Below are positions 1-9,346 of a stretch of DNA of 64,000 bases, piece by piece (the first letter of the stretch is position 1; every line of letters begins with the position of its first letter). The notes beneath the pieces are model-generated. The model did no database searches and was not told where the DNA came from. It saw only the letters and a list, made by a program, of their open reading frames with translations. The stretch is taken from assembly GCA_049840735.1 (NCBI GenBank), contig JASGJN010000017.1, positions 567,291 through 631,290 on the forward strand. Direction: 5' to 3'. Source of the DNA: Anaeromyxobacter sp. GTDB lineage: Bacteria > Myxococcota > Myxococcia > Myxococcales > Anaeromyxobacteraceae. A program made the translations under genes and the position numbers.

Positions 1-1
1 C

Positions 2-1066
2 GTGCACCACGCCTACCCGGGCGGCCTGCTGGAGCACACCGTCTCCTGCATCAAGCTGGCGCACCGGATCGCCGACCACTACCCGCAGGTCGATCGCGAC
101 CTGCTGGTGGCGGGCGCCTTCTTCCACGACCTGGGCAAGATCCGCGAGCTGTCCGGCGAGCGGAGCACCGAGTACACCGACGAGGGCCGGCTCATCGGCC
201 ACCTGGTGATGACCGCGCAGTGGGTCCACGACAAGGCCCGCCGCGTGGGCGCGTCGAGGGAGCTGGAGCACCACATCGTGCACCTGGTGCTGGCGCACCA
301 CGGGCAGCTCGACTACGGCTCGCCCAAGGTCCCGATGACCCTCGAGGCCCTGATCACGCACGAGATCGACGAGATCGACAGCCGCGTGAACTCCTGGCTC
401 AACCTGATGGGGCGCGAGGGCGGCAACCGCCGCTGGACGGACTCCAACAACGTCTACGAGCAGCAGATCTGGCGGGGCGCCCTGCCCACGGTGCAGGCCG
501 AGAAGAAGGGGCCGGCGCCGGAGCTGATGACGCCGGTCATCTACGTGCCGCGCGAGGGGCAGAAGCGCAAGCCGCAGCCCCAGCAGCAGCAGAACGCGCC
601 GCGCAAGCCGCGCCCCGAGCGTCCGGAGCGCCCGCAGCACGCGGCCCCGGCGGCGGCTGGCGAGGGCAAGCCCGCCGAGGGCGGCGCGCCGGCCGAGGCC
701 CGCGCCGAGCACCAGCGGCCCGAGCGCGCCGAGCGGCCGGACCGCGGCCCGCGCCCGGAGCGCGGCGCCGGCGAGCACCGGGGCGGCGGTGAGCACCGCG
801 GCTTCGGCGGCCCCGGCGGCGATCGCAAGCGCGGCTACACCGGCCCGCGGCTCCCCGGGGACAAGGGCCCGCACCGCCCTGCCGAGAAGAAGTCCCTGAC
901 CCACAACCCCTTCGCCGCGCTGGCGCAGAAGCTGGAGGACGCCGGCAAGGAGGAGAAGCCCGCCGAGGCCGCCGTCGAGGCCGCCCCGGTCGAGCAGGCC
1001 CCCGAGCCCACCCCGCCCGCGGAGGCCCCGGCCCCCGCCGAGGTGGCCGAGAAGCCGGCCGAGTAG
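2..1066 (+). CDS. yhaM: HD-domain 3'-5' exoribonuclease, YhaM/CMP-binding-factor family (5' end cut by window), with long low-complexity C-terminal tail
   Basis: HHAYPGGLLEH, HDLGK, GRLIGH and HHGQLDYGSP motifs typical of YhaM HD domains. Confidence 0.85.
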   Translation: MHHAYPGGLLEHTVSCIKLAHRIADHYPQVDRDLLVAGAFFHDLGKIRELSGERSTEYTDEGRLIGHLVMTAQWVHDKARRVGASRELEHHIVHLVLAHHGQLDYGSPKVPMTLEALITHEIDEIDSRVNSWLNLMGREGGNRRWTDSNNVYEQQIWRGALPTVQAEKKGPAPELMTPVIYVPREGQKRKPQPQQQQNAPRKPRPERPERPQHAAPAAAGEGKPAEGGAPAEARAEHQRPERAERPDRGPRPERGAGEHRGGGEHRGFGGPGGDRKRGYTGPRLPGDKGPHRPAEKKSLTHNPFAALAQKLEDAGKEEKPAEAAVEAAPVEQAPEPTPPAEAPAPAEVAEKPAE

Positions 1067-1113
1067 GCCCGAGCAGGCCTTGTCCTGCTGCGAGGTCAGC
1101 GGCCTGCCGCCTG

Positions 1114-1374
1114 CCCTTCGACTCCGCCCCGCCGCTGGCGGGGCTACGCTCAGGGCGAACGGTCCGATAGGCCGTTCGCTGGCGCGTGCCCTCCGCCCGT
1201 TCGGCCTGAGCATAGGGCCAGCGTAGGGCCGCCGCGACCCGGGATTCAGCGCACCCTGCGCTGTCCCGGGTCGCTACGCTCAGGGCGAACGGTCCGATAG
1301 GCCGTTCGCCGGCGCGTGCCCTCCGCCCGTTCGGCCTGAGCGTAGGGCCGCGCAGCGGCCCGAAGTCGAAGGCC
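1114..1374. repeat. Composite REP/BIME-like mosaic of GTAG-tagged palindromes
   Basis: Terminal inverted CCTTCGACT (1115-1123) / AGTCGAAGG (1364-1372); 77-bp direct repeat 1143-1219 vs 1273-1349 with 2 mismatches; CCTGAGCGTAG plus hairpin units in both orientations. Confidence 0.85.
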
Positions 1375-1432
1375 AGGGACCCGACCGGCCGCTCGCTTTT
1401 GCGCCCGCTGCCCGGCCGCGTACAATCGCGGC

Positions 1433-2155
1433 ATGGTGCCGTTCGGCCGCACGGCCGCCTTCTTCGACGTCGACGACTCGCTCCTGGACGGGAACGCCGG
1501 GACCATCTTCACCTGGTACCTGTACAGCGAGCGCGTGATGAAGCCCGAGGTGCGCTCGCGCATCCCGCGCATCATCTACGAGTACGCCCGCAACCGGCTC
1601 ACCGAGCAGGACATGGTGGAGGCCGGCTCGCGGTGCCAGGAGGGGCTCTACGCGGACGTGGTGAAGGCCCACGCCCACCTCTGCTTCGAGCGCTACCTGC
1701 GCAAGCGGATCACCAGCGGCGCCATCCGGCAGATCCGCAAGCACCTGCTCTCCGGCCACTTCGTGGCCATCGCCTCCGGCTCCTCGCAGTACATCATCGA
1801 CGAGGTGGCGGCCCACCTGCGCGTGCACGCGGCCATCGGCACCCGGGCGCGCATCGTGGACGGCCGGATCACCGGGCAGATCGTGCCGCCGGTGGTGTTC
1901 CGCGACGGGAAGCGGGCCGCGGTAGAGGCGCTGGCGGCCCGCTACGACCTCGACCTCTCGCGCGCCTACCTGTACTCCGACTCGGCCGCCGACGCGCCGC
2001 TCTTCGAGGCGGTCGGCAACCCGGTGGTGGTGAACCCCAAGGCGCCCTTCCGCGCCGTCGCCGACCAGCGCGGCTGGGAGGTGGTGCAGTGGAAGGAGCG
2101 CAACCGCCCCGGCGAGCCGGACATGGCGGATGAGTGGGGGAGCTGGGAGGGCTGA
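1433..2155 (+). CDS. HAD-IB (SerB-like) family hydrolase
   Basis: AAFFDVDDSL motif I, IASGS motif II, YSDSAAD motif IV, VVVNP. Confidence 0.9.
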   Translation: MVPFGRTAAFFDVDDSLLDGNAGTIFTWYLYSERVMKPEVRSRIPRIIYEYARNRLTEQDMVEAGSRCQEGLYADVVKAHAHLCFERYLRKRITSGAIRQIRKHLLSGHFVAIASGSSQYIIDEVAAHLRVHAAIGTRARIVDGRITGQIVPPVVFRDGKRAAVEALAARYDLDLSRAYLYSDSAADAPLFEAVGNPVVVNPKAPFRAVADQRGWEVVQWKERNRPGEPDMADEWGSWEG

Positions 2156-2257
2156 AGCGAGGTCCGCGGCGCTGCAGCGACGGCGCGAGGGTCCGATAAG
2201 CGCAGCCCGCGCTAGGCTGCGAGGAGAGCGACGCCTCATCGTCGCTGCAGGTAGCTC

Positions 2258-2671
2258 ATGCGCAACACCGTCACCTTCCACCACCCAGCGCCTCTGGTCT
2301 TCGTCTCCGAAGAGGACGGCGTCCTCAGCATCGCGGGCGCCGGATGGTTCCTCGAGCTGCTCCGGACGATCAGCGGCCTCGACCTCGATCACGAGGTCAC
2401 GCAGGAGGACTGGGGCGTGGTGGCCCGCGCCAGCCGAGCCGGGTGTCGGTTCTGGATCGGCTTGAGCGGGCTGGGCCAGCACGAGTCGATGGCCCATGTC
2501 CACCACCACTCGCTCGCCTGGCTCCAGCGCCTCAGCCCAGGGGGACGAGCGGCCCTCGCCGCCCTGGTGGGCGAGGTCGATCGCGCGCTCCGCGTGGCGA
2601 AGGCGACAGACGTGAGGTGGTTCGAGGAAAGCAATCGGAACCATCGGGCTCCGGCGGAGTCGCCGACGTAG
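2258..2671 (+). CDS. Hypothetical protein (accessory)
   Basis: 137-aa ORF with protein-like composition, ATG start, fills the intergenic gap. Confidence 0.65.
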   Translation: MRNTVTFHHPAPLVFVSEEDGVLSIAGAGWFLELLRTISGLDLDHEVTQEDWGVVARASRAGCRFWIGLSGLGQHESMAHVHHHSLAWLQRLSPGGRAALAALVGEVDRALRVAKATDVRWFEESNRNHRAPAESPT

Positions 2672-2793
2672 CAGCGCGTCACGACGTCCAGCCGCCTTCC
2701 TGGAGGCCTTCTACGCCGCGCTGCGCGGCCGGCTGGCGCGGCGGCTGCTCCTCGCCAGGCGCCGCGCGTCGAAGGACGACAGGCTGAATCAGC

Positions 2794-3636
2794 TCACTCG
2801 AACACCGCCGCCAGCTCCACCTGGGCGGCGGCGTCGGGTGCGGCCTTCAGCCGGTGGTACACGACGGCGGCCGACACGGGGCCGGCCGCACCGGCGGCGC
2901 CGGTCGCCGGCAGGATCACGCCGAAGAACGCGAAGACGACCTCGCCGGAGGCCCTCGGGGCCGAGAGGGCGCCCACCACCAGCACCCCCGCGATCACGAC
3001 CGCGCCCAGCGCGAGCAGGGCCAGCAGCGCCTGGACCGCGAGCGCGCCGAGGAGCGCCCAGCGGCGGCCGCGGGTCAGCTGGGCGCTGCGCCGCAGGGAG
3101 GAGAGGATCCCCTCCCCCTCGAGCGCGATGAGCGGAAGGGCCAACCACCAGCGCACCGCCAGGACCGGGGCGGCGGCGGCCCCGGCGATGGCCAGGAGGG
3201 GCGGCCAGGAGCTCCACTGGAGGTTTCCGTTCGCGGCCAGCGCGATGATCAGCGCGATACCGGCCACGACGGCGCCTCCCACGGCGCAGCCGGCCATCAC
3301 GGGCAGCACGCGCCGCCAGGCCGGCCCGAGCGCGCGGCGGAGCGGCAGCCGCTCGCCGCGGAGCGCGGCAGCCGCCCCTGCCGTCACGGCCACGAGTCCC
3401 AGCGCGCCGACCAGCAGCCCGACCGCACCGGTGGCGAGGAACATGATCAGCGCCGACGTTCCGGACGGGCCGCCGTCTTCCTGGCCCAGGACGGTGAAGA
3501 ACCAGGCCAGGAACCCGAGCAGCGGCAGTTGCGCCACCGCGCCCATGACGCCGAACCGGTGCAGGTTCCGGAGCCAGATGCCCAGCGCCGGTCGGATCAG
3601 TGGGCCCAGCGGGGCGCGCGGATCTCCCGGCCCCAT
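2794..3636 (-). CDS. Multi-pass integral membrane protein
   Basis: Several hydrophobic helices and an SLRRSAQLTRGRRW motif typical of YciC/GDPD-membrane-domain-like proteins; start chosen at ATG 3636. Confidence 0.7.
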   Translation of the reverse strand: MGPGDPRAPLGPLIRPALGIWLRNLHRFGVMGAVAQLPLLGFLAWFFTVLGQEDGGPSGTSALIMFLATGAVGLLVGALGLVAVTAGAAAALRGERLPLRRALGPAWRRVLPVMAGCAVGGAVVAGIALIIALAANGNLQWSSWPPLLAIAGAAAAPVLAVRWWLALPLIALEGEGILSSLRRSAQLTRGRRWALLGALAVQALLALLALGAVVIAGVLVVGALSAPRASGEVVFAFFGVILPATGAAGAAGPVSAAVVYHRLKAAPDAAAQVELAAVFE

Positions 3637-3807
3637 GCGGTCAACCCAACACCGGCGCCAGGCGGGCCCGCGTGCTCCGAAGCGGCTGCTGCTCCATCTC
3701 GCTCCTCCGCGCCGGAGGGCGCGCGGCGACGAGCCTACGGGACCGCGCGGCGTGCGGGAAGTGCGTTCCTGGGACGCGGTGGGCGGATGGCCTACAGACG
3801 GGAGCGG

Positions 3808-3836
3808 CTCCCTGACCATATGCGCCCAAATCTAGC
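3808..3836 (-). repeat. Degenerate copy of the 29-bp repeated site
   Basis: Minus strand GCTAGATTTGGGCGCATATGGTCAGGGAG, 24/29 identical to the copy at 12340. Confidence 0.75.
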
Positions 3837-3899
3837 TGGGGTCCGTGCATCCGCTCGCGCCGCGCCCGCAGCAGCCGCGCCAGCTCCAGGGTGTCCGGA

Positions 3900-4676
3900 T
3901 TACAGCCGGAAGAACCGCCGCGTGTTCTCGGAGGTGACCCGCGCCACCTCCTCCAGCGTGGTGCCCCAGACCTCGGCCACCTTGCGCGCCGTCTCCACCA
4001 CGTGCGCCGGCTCGTTGCGCTTGCCCCGGTGCGGGATGGGGGCCAGGTACGGGCTGTCGGTCTCCACCAGCAGCCGGTCCCGCGGCACGATGGCCACCGC
4101 GTCGCGGATGGCGCCGGCGGTCTTGAAGGTGACGATCCCCGCCACCGAGATGAGCAGCCCCAGCTCGAGGAAGGCCCGCGCCGCGGCCACGTCGCCGGTG
4201 AAGCAGTGGATGACGGCGCCGGCCGGCGGGACCCCCTCCTCGCGCAGCACCCGCGCGCAGACCTCGTCCGCCTCGCGCACGTGGACCACCAGCGGCTTGC
4301 CCGCCGCGTGGGCCAGGCGGATGGAGCGGCGGAAGGCCTGCTCCTGCACGTCGCGCGGGGACAGATCGTAGTGGAAGTCCAGCCCCGCCTCCCCCACCGC
4401 CACCACCCGCGGGTCGCGGGCCATGACCTCGCAGGCCGCCCAGTCCTCCTCCGGCACCCGGGCGCAGTCGTGCGGGTGGACCCCCACGGTGGCGGCGAAG
4501 AAGCCCGGGTCGCGGGTGGCCAGCGCCAGCGCGTTGCCGAAGTCGCCCGGCTTGCGCCAGAGCCCGACCAGCACCACCCGCGACAGCCCGGCGGCCCGCG
4601 CGCGGTCGATCACCGCCTGCAGGTCGCCCTCGTAGTCCTCGCCGTCGAGGTGGGCGTGGGAGTCGATCAGGGTCAT
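3900..4676 (-). CDS. tatD: TatD family deoxyribonuclease
   Basis: LIDSHAHL, GVHPH, VGEAGLD, HCFTG, ETDSPYLAP motifs; follows metG. Confidence 0.95.
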   Translation of the reverse strand: MTLIDSHAHLDGEDYEGDLQAVIDRARAAGLSRVVLVGLWRKPGDFGNALALATRDPGFFAATVGVHPHDCARVPEEDWAACEVMARDPRVVAVGEAGLDFHYDLSPRDVQEQAFRRSIRLAHAAGKPLVVHVREADEVCARVLREEGVPPAGAVIHCFTGDVAAARAFLELGLLISVAGIVTFKTAGAIRDAVAIVPRDRLLVETDSPYLAPIPHRGKRNEPAHVVETARKVAEVWGTTLEEVARVTSENTRRFFRL

Positions 4677-4684
4677 GCCCGGAC

Positions 4685-6784
4685 CTACTTCACCCGCGTG
4701 CCCGCCGCGATGGAATCGCCCACCGTGACGACCTGGAGGTTGGGCACCTCGCCGGCCGCCAGCAGCATGCCGTGCGAGGTGATGCCGCGCAGCGGGCGCG
4801 GCGCCAGGTTGGCCACCACCACGATGCGCTTGCCCACCAGCGCTTGCGGCTCGGGGTAGGCCTGGGCGATGCCGGCCACGATGGTGCGCGGCTCGGGCTC
4901 GCCCACGTCCACCGCCAGCTTGAGCAGCTTGTCGGCCTTCTCCACCTTCTCCGCCGCCTTCACCACGCCCACGCGCAGCTCCACCTTGGCGAAGTCGTCG
5001 TAGGTGATGACGCCGGGCGGGGGCGGCGGCGCGGCCTTGGCGCTGGCCTTGCTGGCCGTCTCGGCCGGGCTGGCCGCCTTGGCGACCTTGGCCGCCGGCG
5101 CGGGCGCAGGCGCCTCGGCCGGCGCCGCCACGATCAGCTTCTCCACCTGCTTGGCGTCGAGCCGGGCGATCTGCGGCGGCTTGGCGGCCGCGGTCACCGG
5201 CGCGCCGGCGAACGGGTCGAAGTCCTTCTCCCAGACCGCCGGCCGCGCCTGGCCGAACGCGGCCACCAGCGCGTCGCAGAAGCGCGGCAGCACCGGCCAG
5301 AGCAGCGTGGCGAGGCCCCGCAGCGACTTGGCGACCGTGAAGAGCAGCGCGCGGCTCTGCGGGCCCTGCGGGTCCTCCCAGGGCTTGGCCTCCTGCAGCC
5401 GCTTGTTGCAGCGGTCGGCCACCTGGTTGGCCAGCCGCACCACCTCGCGCAGCTCCAGCGCCTGGTAGGCGGCGCGCCCCAGGTGCAGCGCCGAGCGGGT
5501 GGCCTCGACGATGGGCTCCTCGGGCGCCTCGGCCAGCGGCGCCCCGGCGCGGGCCACCAGCGCCGCCACGCGCGAGGCCAGGTTGGCGATGTTGTTGGCC
5601 AGGTCGGCGTTGATGCGGTTGCGGAACTCGTCGATGGAGAGGTCCAGGTCGGCCACGCCCGGCCCCAGGTTGGCGCAGTAGAAGTAGCGCAGCAGCTCGG
5701 GATCCAGGCCGGCGTCCAGGTAGGTCCTGCCGGTGATGAAGGTCCCGCGCGACTTCGACATCTTCTCGCCGTTGACGGTCAGGTGGCCGTGCACCGCCAT
5801 CCGGTCCGGGCGCTTGAAGCCGGCGGCCCAGAGCATGGCCGGCCAGAAGACGGCGTGGAAGCGCAGGATGTCCTTGCCGATGAAGTGCTCGAGCCGCGCC
5901 GCCTGAGGGTTCTGGGCGGAGAGGTACTGCTGCTCGTAGGCGGCCGGCGCGAGCCGTGGCTCGGCCTGGTGCGCGAAGTAGTGCTCGGCGCTGGAGAGGT
6001 AGCCGATGGGCGCGTCCATCCAGACGTAGAGGAACTTGCCCGGGAACTCGGGGTCGTTGACCGGGAAGCCGAAGTAGGGCGCGTCGCGGGTGATGCACCA
6101 GTCCTGCAGGTCGGCCAGCCAGCCCTTCACCTGCTCGCGCACGGCCGGCTCGAGGTGCCCCTCGGCGGCGACCCAGCCGTCGATGATGGCCTTCACCTCC
6201 GGCTCGCGCAGGTTGACGTAGGCGTGGTCGCTGGTCCGGACCACCGGCGCCGAGCGGCAGATGGCGCAGTACGGGCCCTTGAGGTCGCGCGGGTCGTAGG
6301 TGGTGCCGCACTTCTCGCAGACGTCACCGTACTGGTCGGGCGTGCCGCACTTCGGGCAGGTGCCCTTCACGAACCGGTCGGGCAGGAAGCGCTTGTCGGT
6401 CTCGCAGTAGAGCTGCTCGACCGACTTCTTGTAGATGAGCCCCTTCTGCTTGAGCGCATCGTAGATGCGGTACGCCCAGCGCCGGTTCTCCTCCGAGTCG
6501 GTGGTGTAGTAGGTCGAGAACTCCACCCCGAAGCGCTTGAAGTCCTCGTGCTGCTCGGACCGGTAGGCCTCCACGAAGGCCTTGGGGGTGACGCCGGCCT
6601 TGGCGGCGTTCACCTCGATGGGCGTGCCGTGCGAGTCGGCCGCGCAGACGTACGCCACCTGGTCGCCGGTGGAGCGGCGGAACCTGACGTAGACGTCGGT
6701 CTGGATGTACTCGACCAGGTGGCCGAGGTGGATCGAGCCGTTGGCGTACGGCAGTGCGCTGGTGACCAGGATCCGCTGACTCAC
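4685..6784 (-). CDS. metG: Methionine--tRNA ligase
   Basis: LPYANGSIHLGH (HIGH), KMSKS, zinc knuckle, C-terminal tRNA-binding OB domain. Confidence 0.98.
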   Translation of the reverse strand: MSQRILVTSALPYANGSIHLGHLVEYIQTDVYVRFRRSTGDQVAYVCAADSHGTPIEVNAAKAGVTPKAFVEAYRSEQHEDFKRFGVEFSTYYTTDSEENRRWAYRIYDALKQKGLIYKKSVEQLYCETDKRFLPDRFVKGTCPKCGTPDQYGDVCEKCGTTYDPRDLKGPYCAICRSAPVVRTSDHAYVNLREPEVKAIIDGWVAAEGHLEPAVREQVKGWLADLQDWCITRDAPYFGFPVNDPEFPGKFLYVWMDAPIGYLSSAEHYFAHQAEPRLAPAAYEQQYLSAQNPQAARLEHFIGKDILRFHAVFWPAMLWAAGFKRPDRMAVHGHLTVNGEKMSKSRGTFITGRTYLDAGLDPELLRYFYCANLGPGVADLDLSIDEFRNRINADLANNIANLASRVAALVARAGAPLAEAPEEPIVEATRSALHLGRAAYQALELREVVRLANQVADRCNKRLQEAKPWEDPQGPQSRALLFTVAKSLRGLATLLWPVLPRFCDALVAAFGQARPAVWEKDFDPFAGAPVTAAAKPPQIARLDAKQVEKLIVAAPAEAPAPAPAAKVAKAASPAETASKASAKAAPPPPPGVITYDDFAKVELRVGVVKAAEKVEKADKLLKLAVDVGEPEPRTIVAGIAQAYPEPQALVGKRIVVVANLAPRPLRGITSHGMLLAAGEVPNLQVVTVGDSIAAGTRVK

Positions 6785-8184
6785 GACCTGCTCCTTTCAC
6801 GACGGTCTTCGGCGAGGAGGCCCAGCAGCACCCGCTCCAGGCGGAGCCGCCCGTCCTGCCCGCTCTTCATGGCGACGTCGGCCTGGGCCAGGCCGGCGAG
6901 GGCGTCCAGCAGCTCTCCCCTCGAGAACCGCAGCGACGCCTGGTACTTCATCCAGAAGCCGTACGGCTTCTTCGACCCCAGCTCCTCCTCCGGGATGGAG
7001 GGGAGCACCTGGGCCTGCCAGTCGTTGAAGCTGCCGATGCGCCGGTCCCCGGCGGCGCGGCGCGCGCGCTCCCGCTCGGCGATGAGCCGGCGCACCGTGC
7101 CGGCCAGCGACCCCAGCAGCATGAAGGGGCTGCCGCCGTCGGCGATGGACCGGTCCAGCACCGCCAGCGCGCCCGGCAGGTCGCGCGCCTCGACGGCGTT
7201 GCCCAGCGCGAAGAACGGGTCGGAGGCGACGCGCGTGACCACCGCGTCCACGTCGGCCGCGCCGATCACCTTCCGGTCGCCCACGTAGGCAGCCAGCTTC
7301 TGCACCTCGGAGGCGAGCACGCGGGCGTCCTCGCCCACCAGCGCCGCCAGCCGGGCCTCGCCGCCGGCGTCCACCCGCTTGCCGGTGCCGGCCAGCAGCG
7401 CCGAGAGCACCGGCGCCAGCACCAGGCGCTGCGCGTCCCACTGCCCTTCCTTCTCCAGCGCGGTGGTGACCCGCCGCCCGGCCGCGGCCAGCTTCTTCAC
7501 CACCGGCAGCCGGCCGTCCACCTTGCCGGCGGCGATCACCAGCACGTGGCCGCGCGGGAAGCCGCGCGCCAGCGCCAGGTCGAGCGCGGCCGAGTCGTCG
7601 CCCTTGGCGACCTTCAGCTCGCGCTCGATGGCGAAGCGGGCGGCCTGGCCGACGAAGGCCGCGCCTTCACCCAGCGTCACCCCGAGCTCCTTCGCGAAGG
7701 CGTCCAGGTCCGGCGCCGGGTCGGCCTTGGGGTCCAGGTCGGCGGCCGACCAGCCGGCCTTGGCGGCCAGCGCCAGCAGGCGTCGCGCCGCCTCCCGCTG
7801 CCGCCCCTCCGCCCACATGGCCCGGGCGCGGTCGAAGGCGTCCTGCGCGTCCTCCTTGGACGCCAGGAAGGCCGGCTCCTGGACCAGCACCACCTTGCCG
7901 CCGCCGAACAGGCCGCCGGTGGCCACCTCCGCGGCCACCTCGGCCGGCGTGGCCGCCGCGTCCAGCTCCACCAGGTTGAGCGCGCGCGCCGCCTCGGGGA
8001 CCATGGCGTGGGCCAGCGCCCGCGCCGCGCGCAGCGCCAGGAAGGCGTCGCCGTCGAAGAGGTAGACCGGCTGCGGCGAGCCCGCCTGCACGTCGGCCAG
8101 GCAGGTGTCGAGCGTGGCGCCCGCGGCGCCCGCCCGCGCTCCGGCGCCCGCGGCGCCCCTGCCCCCGCTACGCGGCCCGGCCAT
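6781..8184 (-). CDS. holA: DNA polymerase III delta subunit
   Basis: PVYLFDGD, EVQKLAAY, ADVAMKSG...LE; adjacent to holB. Confidence 0.85.
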   Translation of the reverse strand: MAGPRSGGRGAAGAGARAGAAGATLDTCLADVQAGSPQPVYLFDGDAFLALRAARALAHAMVPEAARALNLVELDAAATPAEVAAEVATGGLFGGGKVVLVQEPAFLASKEDAQDAFDRARAMWAEGRQREAARRLLALAAKAGWSAADLDPKADPAPDLDAFAKELGVTLGEGAAFVGQAARFAIERELKVAKGDDSAALDLALARGFPRGHVLVIAAGKVDGRLPVVKKLAAAGRRVTTALEKEGQWDAQRLVLAPVLSALLAGTGKRVDAGGEARLAALVGEDARVLASEVQKLAAYVGDRKVIGAADVDAVVTRVASDPFFALGNAVEARDLPGALAVLDRSIADGGSPFMLLGSLAGTVRRLIAERERARRAAGDRRIGSFNDWQAQVLPSIPEEELGSKKPYGFWMKYQASLRFSRGELLDALAGLAQADVAMKSGQDGRLRLERVLLGLLAEDRRERSRS

Positions 8185-9220
8185 GGAACCACCCGATGAA
8201 GAGCCCCTCCAGCGCCAGCACCGGCGAGGCGTTCTGGCGGAGCCCGGCCGCCGTCTCCTCCACCAGCCCGCGGCGCCGGACCACCTCGGCCGCCGTGAGC
8301 GCCGCGGCGGCCCGGCGGGACTCCGGCGCCAGGTCGGCCAGCGCCAGCGCCGCGCCGCCGGCCTGCAGGGCCAGCACGTCGCGCAGCCAGAGCGCCAGCA
8401 GCGCGCACAGCTCGCCGGCCTGCTCGCGGTCCTCGCCGTGATCCCGGGCGAAGGCCAGCCAGCCGCCGGCGTCGTCCGGATCGAGCGCCACCGCCGCCCG
8501 GACCGCGTCGCGCAGCCCGTCCAGCGCCGCCGGATCGAGCGCCAGCGCCCGCCCCAGCGAGCCGGCGGCGAGCGCCGCGGCCAGCCGCGCCTCCTCTTCG
8601 CTCCGGCCCTTGGCCACCAGCTGCTGCACCACCAGCGCGTCCGGCACCGGGCCGAACGGCACCCGCAGGCAGCGCGAGCGGATGGTGGGGAGCAGCACGT
8701 CGGGGCTCGCGGCCACCAGCACCAGCGTGGTCTCCTCCGGCGGCTCCTCCAGCGTCTTGAGCAGCGCGTTCTGGGCCTGCGGGTTCATGGCGTCGGCCGG
8801 GTCGATGATCACGAACCGGCGCCGCCCCTCGAACCGCTTCATGGCCAGGCGGTGGTCGACCAGGTCGCGCACCTGGTCCACCACCACGTCCTTCGACGGC
8901 GAGCGGCCGCCCTTCGGCTCCCAGGTGCCGGCCTTGGCCATCACCCGCTCCTCGTGGAGCACCATCACGTCCGGGTGGACGCCGCGGGCGATCTTCCGGC
9001 AGGGGCCGCAGGCGCCGCAGGGGTCGTCGCGGTAGCCCGGCGCCGAGGTCGCCTCCCCGCCCTCGCAGTTGGCGGCCTGCGCCAGCAGCTGGGCCGCCCG
9101 GCCCTTGCCCGTCCCCTCCGGGCCGCCGAACAGGTAGGCGTGGTGGAGCGCGCCACGGCGGAGCGCGGCACGGAGCGCGCCGAGCGCGCGATCCTGTGCG
9201 GTGACCTCGGAGAAAGGCAT
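8168..9220 (-). CDS. holB: DNA polymerase III delta-prime subunit
   Basis: HAYLFGGPEGTGK, CGACGPC, HPD, AQNALLKTLEEP, TIRSRC. Confidence 0.95.
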   Translation of the reverse strand: MPFSEVTAQDRALGALRAALRRGALHHAYLFGGPEGTGKGRAAQLLAQAANCEGGEATSAPGYRDDPCGACGPCRKIARGVHPDVMVLHEERVMAKAGTWEPKGGRSPSKDVVVDQVRDLVDHRLAMKRFEGRRRFVIIDPADAMNPQAQNALLKTLEEPPEETTLVLVAASPDVLLPTIRSRCLRVPFGPVPDALVVQQLVAKGRSEEEARLAAALAAGSLGRALALDPAALDGLRDAVRAAVALDPDDAGGWLAFARDHGEDREQAGELCALLALWLRDVLALQAGGAALALADLAPESRRAAAALTAAEVVRRRGLVEETAAGLRQNASPVLALEGLFIGWFHGRAA

Positions 9221-9346
9221 GGCGGGCGCAGGGTTATAGCACGCGGCTCCGACCCCGGCCCCGCTCACCGGACGCTGTGGGGCGATGTGGGATGGCGAAA
9301 TGGACTCCGCCTCGCGTCCCGGTAAGATGGGACACCTGGAGCGGCC

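Noticed and set aside
1114..1374. CRISPR array
   Set aside because: Only two long direct repeats with internal inverted units, no regular unique spacers and no cas genes.
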